DNA of 37,286 nt from a virus, in the IMG/VR virus record IMGVR_UViG_3300045988_120328, positions 1 through 37,286 of that record. One strand, given 5' to 3'. Made by a program: the position numbers and the translations under genes. The notes beneath the pieces were generated by a model. It did not search any database. It saw nothing but the letters and a program-made list of their open reading frames with translations, and was not told the DNA's origin. Below, in pieces: positions 1 through 5,535 of this stretch (its first letter is position 1; every line of letters starts with the position of its first letter).

Positions 1-99
1 CTCCCGCAACCAATAGTTCCCACGACCGAAGTTAATGTACTTTGTATGTTAATTTCGGTCGTGTTTTTTATATCTATACGAGAAATGAGCAAGCGTATA
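1..99. repeat. Exact 99-bp terminal direct repeat, copy 1 (circular assembly overlap / linearisation point)
   Basis: ctcccgcaaccaatagttcc...gagcaagcgtata recurs identically as the last 99 bases of the window. Confidence 0.95.
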
Positions 100-1430
100 G
101 CTTTATCGTCTGGGCTGTCATGCAAAGCTTTGAGCCAAATGCTAATTTGATCCGAAGTGTAGTCCTTTGGCATTTCCGTTTTCTTCAATGCCTCTATCTC
201 AGAACGGAGCTGGTTCATCTTCGCACCGATATCCTTGATAACATCGGCTGGGAGGACACCGCTTGACATGTTGGTCATCAAGGTGTCATACTGCTTCTGC
301 TTCTCCGATATCTTAGATGCAACTATCTTTTTGAAATCAGCGGCTCTCTCAGGCTCTCCGCACTTGTACTTTCGCATAGCCTTAGCAATGGCCTTTTGAT
401 TTTCTTCACTGAGCAGGGTGCGAAGATATGTCTTAGCGGCGTCATCAACGATATCCATAGATATCATAGGTGCACCGCATTTCTTTGAACAACGATAGTA
501 GTGATATATGTGTCCTTTCTTTGTCGATATGTGTGCGTGCATCTTTGCTCCGCATGAGCAGTATACTAACCCACTGCATAGGTATGATGTCTTTGGTCCG
601 CTCTGTTTTCTGCTATCCATAATCTTCTGCACCTCGTCAAATGTTGCCTTGTCGATTATTATCGGCAAGGCATTTTCTATTCTTATAGCATTAGGTTTAG
701 ACCTGCGCTTAGATCTATCCTTTTCCTCGTCAACGCAGTATATATACGTGCCTGTGTATTTTTCATTCCGCAGTATCTCATATACTGCAGAATACTTTAA
801 TGGCTTGCCACGTTTGCCCACAATGCCCACTGCCGCCATTTCTGCGATAATGTCCTTAGTTCCCTCGTGATTTTTCACCGCCGCAAAGATCTTGCGGACA
901 TATTCCGCCTCATAGGGGTTTATGACGTACTTCTGATTAACAATGTCATATCCGAACGGCGGATAGCCGCCATTGTGAAGACCTTTCAGGGCTATTTCAC
1001 GTTCTCCCTTTTTCGTTTCACTTGCAAGGTTATCTATATAGTATTCTGACATTGACCACATCAGCGCACGCATTATCTTGCTCTCCGGTCCGAATCCGAA
1101 GTCCTGACCAACGGCTATCAGTGTAATGCCCATTTTCTGCAGGCGAGTGTCAAGATTAACGTGTTCGCCCAGCGATCTAGCCACACGATCGTATTTGTGA
1201 ATAAGAATAGTATCGAAAGTACCCTTATTGCAATCTCTCAACATTTTTTGATACTGCGCACGGCTTGCCGTCATTGACCCCTTGCCGCTGATAGCCTCGT
1301 CTGCATATACGGCTACGATATTATATCCCTTAGTGGCGGCGTACTGTCTGCACGCCCTGAGCTGGGCTTCAATGCTATCCTCAGACTGCTTGTCTGAAGA
1401 GTATCTTGCATATATAACTGCATTGCTCAT
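1..1430 (-). CDS. int: Large serine recombinase (phage integrase), first 476 codons; ORF is cut by the window edge and continues at 37187
   Basis: Own translation of the minus strand from ATG 1430..1428 gives MSNAVIYARYSSDKQSEDSIEAQLRACRQYA... (resolvase catalytic Ser motif). It also contains a recombinase domain (HNGGYPPFGYD), a Cys-rich zinc ribbon (CSGLVYCSCGAKMH..YYRCSKKCG) and a coiled coil. The SD AAGGAG overlaps the upstream stop. The ORF is absent from the ORF track because it lacks a stop inside the window edge. Confidence 0.9.
   Translation of the reverse strand, partial: MSNAVIYARYSSDKQSEDSIEAQLRACRQYAATKGYNIVAVYADEAISGKGSMTASRAQYQKMLRDCNKGTFDTILIHKYDRVARSLGEHVNLDTRLQKMGITLIAVGQDFGFGPESKIMRALMWSMSEYYIDNLASETKKGEREIALKGLHNGGYPPFGYDIVNQKYVINPYEAEYVRKIFAAVKNHEGTKDIIAEMAAVGIVGKRGKPLKYSAVYEILRNEKYTGTYIYCVDEEKDRSKRRSKPNAIRIENALPIIIDKATFDEVQKIMDSRKQSGPKTSYLCSGLVYCSCGAKMHAHISTKKGHIYHYYRCSKKCGAPMISMDIVDDAAKTYLRTLLSEENQKAIAKAMRKYKCGEPERAADFKKIVASKISEKQKQYDTLMTNMSSGVLPADVIKDIGAKMNQLRSEIEALKKTEMPKDYTSDQISIWLKALHDSPDDKAIRLLISRIDIKNTTEINIQSTLTSVVGTIGCG
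21..69 (+). terminator. Plus-strand rho-independent terminator embedded in the 3' coding end of int
   Basis: The 20-bp stem pairs 21-40 with 44-63 (cacgaccgaagttaatgtac / gtatgttaatttcggtcgtg). It has 3 G.U pairs that are valid only in plus-strand RNA and a UUU loop, followed by T6 (64-69). Confidence 0.65.
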
Positions 1431-1440
1431 AGTGTTCTCC

Positions 1441-2193
1441 TTAAGACTTCAATAACTCTTTTTTCTTAATATCGTATTCTTCCTGCGTTATGGCTCCACA
1501 ATCGAGCAGGCTTTTGTATTCCTTTATCTGCTCAGGGATAGATATAACTTTTTCATCAGCAGACTTTGCATTCTGTTGTCTATTATACTGTTCAATTTCG
1601 CCCAGCATGGCCATGACCTGCTGGGCGTTTTTATATGCAGCACGATACGCCGCCGTGTCCTTGGCAAGTCCTTTTACGTCGAAATGAACATATCTTACTT
1701 GAGCGTCAGGATCTATAACCACTTTAATTTTCAGCATATTTGCAAGCTGCTTAGAGCTGTTCTTAGCAGTGCTTGCACCGACTATAGCACCCGCAGTTCC
1801 TGCAAGTATACCGCCGACAACCGCACGCTTGACACCGTTTCCGCCCATTGTTACAGTTTCATCGTCTTCAAGAAGCTCATAGCTCACAAGCTGGTTATAC
1901 TTATAATCAGCACCACTGCCAAAAGAAAATCGGTGTGCTGCCTTATTTATTCTAAAATACTTATCAATCACATTATCCTTGTCATTATGTGAAGAAGCTT
2001 TCGGCACAGCTTTTCTCTGTGGCTCTGGAAGATCTCCATAAAGAGCGTTACGCACGTCCTTTATGGTTATTTCTATCTTAGGCTTGTTGATGCCTGAACG
2101 TTTCAAGCAATCATCACATATATAACCATCTCTGATTCGCTTGTTTTTTGAAAATAAGCCAAGATTACAATGGCATATATTACATTTATTCAT
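1441..2193 (-). CDS. DUF4428-type zinc-ribbon protein with a central Gly/Ala-rich hydrophobic segment and a C-terminal SHOCT domain
   Basis: MNKCNICHCNLGLF..DGYICDDCL (CxxC..CxxC); AVVGGILAGTAGAIVGAST (glycine-zipper-like); the C-terminal EQIKEYKSLLDCGAITQEEYDIKKKELL is SHOCT-like. The SD GAAAGGTG favours ATG 2193 over the track's GTG 2205. Its stop TAA overlaps the int SD. Confidence 0.7.
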   Translation of the reverse strand: MNKCNICHCNLGLFSKNKRIRDGYICDDCLKRSGINKPKIEITIKDVRNALYGDLPEPQRKAVPKASSHNDKDNVIDKYFRINKAAHRFSFGSGADYKYNQLVSYELLEDDETVTMGGNGVKRAVVGGILAGTAGAIVGASTAKNSSKQLANMLKIKVVIDPDAQVRYVHFDVKGLAKDTAAYRAAYKNAQQVMAMLGEIEQYNRQQNAKSADEKVISIPEQIKEYKSLLDCGAITQEEYDIKKKELLKS

Positions 2194-2247
2194 ATCGATA
2201 CACACCTTTCTAAGGCTCCATAGTTCTTAAAGGTTCGACCATTATTC

Positions 2248-2979
2248 TTATAGATTATCGATAGCGTACTGAGCTTCTTCTGGGGTAAAGCCTTCACCAT
2301 ATTCAGATGTCAACTGCTCATATATGCGATCTGTTGACATAGACATATTATCTTGATAGCTATGTGCTTTTTGCAGAGCATTCGCATAGTAATCTGCATT
2401 AACATTGTCAACAGCATATTGAGCTTCACTTTCAGTGAATTGCTCACCACTATCCGAAATCAACTGGTCATATAGTCTTGACCTCGATAGGTACTGAGTA
2501 TCCACATATGATTGTGCTTTTTGTAAGGCGTTATAATTATAATCTGCGTTTAAGTTCTCTAACGCATAATTGGCAGCATCATCAGAGAAGCCCTCACCAT
2601 ATTCAGATGTCAGCTGGTCATATATCCGAGCACGTGACATATGCATGCTATCGCTATAAGTTTGTGCCTTTCTTAACGCATTACGATAATCAGCTGATAT
2701 TCGTTCTGCTGTGGTGGTAGGCTCTGTGGTAGTAGTTGTAGTAGTCGTTGTTGTGGTGGTAGTGGTAGTAGTTGTTGTGGTTGTTTTCTTTGTGGTCGTT
2801 GTTTTTCTTGTTGTAGTCGCCTTCGGACTTGTTACGGTCGCCTTTTCACTTGCTGTTGTGGTTTCCGTAGTAGTGGAAGCTGTTGTAGATGCCGCTGGTG
2901 GCTCATATGTGGTCTTATAGCAGCCAGACATCATTAATGAAGCGGATATCAGTGCGACTAAAATAACAGTTTTCTTCAT
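2248..2979 (-). CDS. ltp: Ltp-family surface lipoprotein (superinfection exclusion type) with three Ltp repeats
   Basis: Lipoprotein signal MKKTVILVALISASLMMSGC, then a Thr-rich linker including 19 consecutive Thr. Three repeats follow of the form NAL(R/Q)KAQ(T/S)Y...S(R/T)xR(I/L)YDQL(T/I)S..GE(G/Q)F(S/T)..(E/A)AxYA(L/V/I)(E/D)N. The position between int and the repressor matches TP-J34 ltp. Confidence 0.8.
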   Translation of the reverse strand: MKKTVILVALISASLMMSGCYKTTYEPPAASTTASTTTETTTASEKATVTSPKATTTRKTTTTKKTTTTTTTTTTTTTTTTTTTTEPTTTAERISADYRNALRKAQTYSDSMHMSRARIYDQLTSEYGEGFSDDAANYALENLNADYNYNALQKAQSYVDTQYLSRSRLYDQLISDSGEQFTESEAQYAVDNVNADYYANALQKAHSYQDNMSMSTDRIYEQLTSEYGEGFTPEEAQYAIDNL

Positions 2980-3004
2980 TTTTTTGTTACTCCTTTATAA
3001 AAAA

Positions 3005-3078
3005 AATGCACCTCAAAAAAGTTGGGATATTCTTTTTCAAAAATTTATATGGTATGTCATATATATAGGAGGTGCATT
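3005..3078. repeat. 10-bp inverted repeat AATGCACCTC (3005-3014) / GAGGTGCATT (3069-3078) bracketing the ltp / XRE divergent intergenic region
   Basis: The two arms are exact reverse complements 54 bp apart. The right arm overlaps the SD of the XRE gene. Confidence 0.6.
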
Positions 3079-3086
3079 CTATATTT

Positions 3087-3296
3087 ATGAATACTAAAAA
3101 TTTTAAAATCGAATTAAAAAAGATAATGCACGAGAAGCACATTAATGGAAAACAGCTTGCAGAGCTTGCCGAGATAAGTGAGGGGGAAATAAGCAAGATA
3201 TTGACCGGCAAAGCCAACCCCACAATTGAAGTTATTGCACGTTTGGTTATTGTGCTCAAATGCGAGCTGCAAGATTTGGTAAAAATACTGAAATAA
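3087..3296 (+). CDS. Small XRE-family HTH protein (69 aa)
   Basis: MNTKNFKIELKKIMHEKHINGKQLAELAEISEGEISKILTGKANPTIEVIARL is a typical HTH_XRE. AGGAGG lies at 3067-3072. The track start, GTG 3072, sits inside the SD, so ATG 3087 is preferred despite the long spacer. Confidence 0.7.
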   Translation: MNTKNFKIELKKIMHEKHINGKQLAELAEISEGEISKILTGKANPTIEVIARLVIVLKCELQDLVKILK

Positions 3297-3320
3297 ATTT
3301 ATTATAGTAAATTTTGCTGA

Positions 3321-3382
3321 ATTTTTTGTCGAAATATGTTATAACCACAATAAGGGGATTTAAACATATTTCGACAAAAAAT
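3321..3382. repeat. Perfect 20-bp inverted repeat with a 22-nt spacer
   Basis: attttttgtcgaaatatgtt (3321-3340) is the exact reverse complement of aacatatttcgacaaaaaat (3363-3382). The T-run lies 5' and the A-run 3' on both strands, so it does not have terminator geometry. Confidence 0.9.
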
Positions 3383-3404
3383 GAAAAAGAAAGGGGTGAG
3401 CAGC

Positions 3405-3491
3405 ATGACCGACGCTGAGCGTAAGGAGCTGCAGGACCAACTGGCAGAAATGATATATTCACTTCTGTTTGAGACCAAGTCCGACGAATAG
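3405..3491 (+). CDS. Possible 28-aa acidic micro-ORF
   Basis: The SD-like AAAGGGGTGAG precedes ATG 3405, giving MTDAERKELQDQLAEMIYSLLFETKSDE. An in-frame ATG at 3381 would give 36 aa. It is too short for the ORF track, and coding status is uncertain. Confidence 0.3.
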   Translation: MTDAERKELQDQLAEMIYSLLFETKSDE

Positions 3492-3555
3492 GGTACTGCC
3501 TACATACAGGCAGGCGAATAAGCACTTCACGTTTTGTGGAGTGCTTATTTTTTTA
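3479..3555 (+). repeat. 77-nt structured element, copy 1 (two hairpins plus T-tract), including the stop codon of the minus-strand repressor paralog
   Basis: gtccgacgaatagggtac-tgcctacatacaggcaggcgaataagcacttcacgttttgtggagtgcttattttttta is near-identical to 3955-4031, differing by two single-base indels. Confidence 0.9.
3517..3554 (+). terminator. Plus-strand intrinsic terminator (within element copy 1)
   Basis: The 14-bp stem is aataagcacttcac / gtggagtgcttatt with 1 G.U and a 5-nt loop, followed by a T-run. Only a weak U-tract exists in the minus direction. Confidence 0.7.
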
Positions 3556-3927
3556 CTTTGGCTTTTTACTGCCGTTTTCCCTTTTCCATGCTAAGAAACT
3601 AACGTAGTCATAAAGATTTAAGAGTTCATCATCGGATAGTGTATTAAGAACACTTTGTATATTTTCCAAAACTCTTATCTTATTAGAAGAAAAAGCTTTA
3701 GTGCTTTGAGAAACGGCTTTCAACGTTTGCCCTGGTTTATAACCGAAAAGATAATTCGCATCACATTGAAGCGCCTTTGTTAAGATCATTATGGTCTCGT
3801 CATTCGGCTTGCTTTTATTGGTTTCAAAATTGCTTATCATTCTATTTCCGATACCAGTCAATTTTTCGAGATCGCCCTGAGTAAGCCCCAGTTCCTCACG
3901 GCGTTCTTTTATTCTATCGCCTATCAC
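3553..3927 (-). CDS. XRE-family HTH repressor paralog (124 aa)
   Basis: VIGDRIKERREELGLTQGDLEKLTGIGNRMISNFETNKSKP is an HTH. It shares the C-terminal motif LSDDELLNLYDYVSFLAWKR with the neighbouring repressor. The SD AAGGAGGTG precedes GTG 3927, so the track's GTG 3954 is unlikely. Confidence 0.8.
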   Translation of the reverse strand: MIGDRIKERREELGLTQGDLEKLTGIGNRMISNFETNKSKPNDETIMILTKALQCDANYLFGYKPGQTLKAVSQSTKAFSSNKIRVLENIQSVLNTLSDDELLNLYDYVSFLAWKRENGSKKPK

Positions 3928-3954
3928 ATTAGCACCTCCTTTGTTTGAAAACAC

Positions 3955-4031
3955 GTCCGACGAATAGGGTACCTGCCTACATACGGCAGGCGAATAAGCA
4001 CTTCACGTTTTGTGGAGTGCTTATTTTTTTA
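3955..4031 (+). repeat. 77-nt structured element, copy 2, including the stop codon of the CI-like repressor
   Basis: gtccgacgaatagggtacctgcctacatac-ggcaggcgaataagcacttcacgttttgtggagtgcttattttttta. It also carries the last codons plus stop (SDE*) of the 3405-3491 micro-ORF as an orphan remnant. Confidence 0.9.
3993..4030 (+). terminator. Plus-strand intrinsic terminator (within element copy 2)
   Basis: Same 14-bp stem and T-run as 3517-3554. Confidence 0.65.
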
Positions 4032-4367
4032 TTCTTTCCGTTTGGCAGTTCGCCATTTTAAGAATTCCAAATAGTCATAAAGATTAGTCAGGTCTTCATC
4101 GGAAAGGTCATCAAGAAAAAGACGAATATTTTTCATAATCACATCTTTTTTTGATACCTCGGTAACGTCTACAGAGTCTTGATAAATGTAATTTGGATCA
4201 ACTGATAGGACTTTAAAAACATTTAATAGAACGTCTTCTTTAGGTTTTGACGTTCCGTTCTCGTAGTTGCAGATTGCAGATTTTGTAACGCCAAGTTTAT
4301 CAGCAAGTTGTTTCTGAGTCATTCCGAGCTGTTCTCGTCTTTCCTTTATGCGTGATCCGATGCTCAT
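4029..4367 (-). CDS. CI-like XRE-family phage repressor (112 aa)
   Basis: MSIGSRIKERREQLGMTQKQLADKLGVTKSAICNYENGTSKP is an HTH. The SD GGGAGGG precedes the ATG. It is divergent from the Cro-like gene across the operator region, and no S24 peptidase domain is present. Confidence 0.8.
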   Translation of the reverse strand: MSIGSRIKERREQLGMTQKQLADKLGVTKSAICNYENGTSKPKEDVLLNVFKVLSVDPNYIYQDSVDVTEVSKKDVIMKNIRLFLDDLSDEDLTNLYDYLEFLKWRTAKRKE

Positions 4368-4392
4368 ATACTTCCCTCCCTTCTATATCTAT

Positions 4393-4421
4393 ATTCTACC
4401 ACAATATTGCAAGTATGTCAA
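4393..4421 (-). promoter_or_regulatory. Sigma-70-type promoter for the repressor operon (minus strand)
   Basis: On the minus strand: TTGACA (4421-4416), a 17-nt spacer, then TGG-TAGAAT (extended -10, 4398-4393), about 25 nt upstream of ATG 4367. Confidence 0.65.
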
Positions 4422-4460
4422 GATAAAAGTACAAGAATTTTGATATAAACATCAAGAAAA

Positions 4461-4492
4461 GTGTACAAAGTTTTATGCAAATATTTGTACAC
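4461..4492. promoter_or_regulatory. Inverted repeat GTGTACAAA-N14-TTTGTACAC between the divergent promoters
   Basis: The 9-bp arms share the GTACA core with the 17-bp operators. Confidence 0.5.
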
Positions 4493-4496
4493 TTTT

Positions 4497-4576
4497 GTAC
4501 AAGAAACTTGTACAAAACATCTTGACAGTTCAAGAAACTTGTGCTAATATATAAGTAAAGTACAAGAAACTTTAAC
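4497..4576. promoter_or_regulatory. Three 17-bp operators: O1 4497-4513 (perfect palindrome GTACAAGAAACTTGTAC), O2 4528-4544, O3 4560-4576
   Basis: O2 (gttcaagaaacttgtgc) and O3 (gtacaagaaactttaac) each differ from O1 at 2 positions. Their centres are 31 and 32 bp apart. O2 exactly fills the promoter spacer. Confidence 0.7.
4522..4550 (+). promoter_or_regulatory. Sigma-70-type early promoter for the Cro-like gene (plus strand)
   Basis: TTGACA (4522-4527), a 17-nt spacer, then TGC-TAATAT (extended -10, 4545-4550). Confidence 0.7.
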
Positions 4577-4601
4577 CACAGACATGAAAGGAGATGTCGT
4601 T

Positions 4602-4823
4602 ATGACAAATAAGGCTAAGAAATCAATCGTGGCAGAACAGCTCAAGAAAATCATTGATGACAGAGGTCTGAAACAGAAGAAAGTTGCCGAAATTCTCGGC
4701 TATGACTACAGAACTTTCAATAATATGTTGAATGGCTACAAGATGATAACAACTGATGATGTGATTATCATTGCCACAAAGCTTGGCGTTGAGCCTAACC
4801 AGCTTTACGACTGGTCGGCTTAA
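4602..4823 (+). CDS. Cro-like XRE-family HTH protein (73 aa)
   Basis: MTNKAKKSIVAEQLKKIIDDRGLKQKKVAEILGYDYRTFNNMLNG is an HTH. The SD AAAGGAG lies 8 nt before ATG 4602, so the track's ATG 4584 lacks an SD. Confidence 0.8.
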   Translation: MTNKAKKSIVAEQLKKIIDDRGLKQKKVAEILGYDYRTFNNMLNGYKMITTDDVIIIATKLGVEPNQLYDWSA

Positions 4824-4869
4824 TAACGTCTTGTTGAGGTCAACAAAATAATAAAAAGGGGTGATACCA

Positions 4870-5076
4870 ATGCCAAAATCAACAGACCATGAGTTCAATG
4901 AGATAGTATACGACAGTATACTTCCTGAAATCGCAAGAGCTTTTTGCTCTTTAAAAAAAGAAGTCTCAGGAAATAAACTCGTGAATGAGCTATCTCCTGA
5001 GGAAAATGAGATTATAAAAATCAAAAGCAAAACGTTGAACAAAGTCATAACAGACTTTATTCAGAAACAGCTATGA
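4870..5076 (+). CDS. Hypothetical early protein (68 aa)
   Basis: ORF with SD AAAGGGGTG before ATG 4870. No recognisable domain. Confidence 0.55.
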   Translation: MPKSTDHEFNEIVYDSILPEIARAFCSLKKEVSGNKLVNELSPEENEIIKIKSKTLNKVITDFIQKQL

Positions 5077-5454
5077 TCAAGGCGTGAACTGATTCACAAC
5101 ATATATTTCAGCAAGTTTCTTGACCAATTCAAAAGTCATTGCTTTGGCTTTTGTCTTAACAGTGTTCCACAGCTTAGAATCTCGAATGCTGTCGAGATAC
5201 TGATGACCCTCATATGTGATACTGCTGTAGACAATAGTTATAATCTTGCTGTCTGTCCCTACTGGTTTTGCTTCGATATACTTGGCTTCCCAGAGCTTCG
5301 TTGAGGCATACGCAATATCGGCTAGTGAGAAGTCTGGCATTTTCTCACAGACCTGCTTAAGGTTTAAGCTTGGGTATGACAAGCTATCGTCCATGACTAG
5401 GTTTTCTTCAAGAGTTAGCAAAAGTTCACGAACACAATCATAGTTTAGTTTCAT
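5077..5454 (-). CDS. DUF2513-like (winged-helix-like) protein, counter-oriented moron
   Basis: MKLNYDCVRELLLTLEENL...ITYEGHQYLDSIRDSKLW resembles the DUF2513/YjcQ-type pattern. It has its own promoter, and its stop codon abuts the convergent upstream gene's stop (TGATCA). Confidence 0.6.
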   Translation of the reverse strand: MKLNYDCVRELLLTLEENLVMDDSLSYPSLNLKQVCEKMPDFSLADIAYASTKLWEAKYIEAKPVGTDSKIITIVYSSITYEGHQYLDSIRDSKLWNTVKTKAKAMTFELVKKLAEIYVVNQFTP

Positions 5455-5486
5455 AGTTATCCCCCTTTCTGATATATTTCAAATTT

Positions 5487-5515
5487 ATTATATCATACAA
5501 GGTGGGAGCATTCAA
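5487..5515 (-). promoter_or_regulatory. Sigma-70-type promoter for the DUF2513-like gene (minus strand)
   Basis: On the minus strand: TTGAAT (5515-5510), a 17-nt spacer, then TGA-TATAAT (extended -10, 5492-5487). Confidence 0.65.
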
Positions 5516-5535
5516 GTTAAATAAGGAGAATAAAA

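Noticed and set aside
1-99. The 99-bp terminal repeats as attL/attR or physical direct terminal repeats
   Set aside because: The repeats end exactly at the window ends, no host-like flanking DNA is present, and the integrase ORF is only complete when the ends are joined. The HNH/terS synteny also points to cos ends elsewhere (about 17.3-17.9 kb).
42-1049. Plus-strand ORFs 42-266, 508-870 and 867-1049 from the ORF track
   Set aside because: They lie antisense to a full-length serine recombinase reading frame with clear catalytic and zinc-ribbon motifs. They have no SD sites and their composition is low-complexity and hydrophobic.
2700-2800. Poly-Thr coding tract as a phase-variable simple sequence repeat
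   Set aside because: It is encoded by a mixture of ACC/ACT/ACA/ACG codons without a long perfect repeat unit, so slipped-strand switching is unlikely.
2711-2920. Poly-Val ORF (69 aa) on the plus strand
   Set aside because: It is the antisense reading of the poly-Thr linker of ltp and is an artefact of the ACN repeat.
3321-3382. The 20-bp palindrome as an intrinsic terminator of the XRE gene
   Set aside because: The T-run precedes and the A-run follows the stem on both strands, which is the opposite of terminator geometry.
2987-3525. Minus-strand ORFs 2987-3259 (90 aa) and 3256-3525 (89 aa)
   Set aside because: They overlap the XRE gene antisense, or span the palindrome and terminator non-coding region. 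They have no SD and implausible composition.
4623-5048. Minus-strand 141-aa ORF
   Set aside because: It is antisense to the Cro-like gene and the following early gene, both of which have SD sites and, for Cro, an HTH motif.
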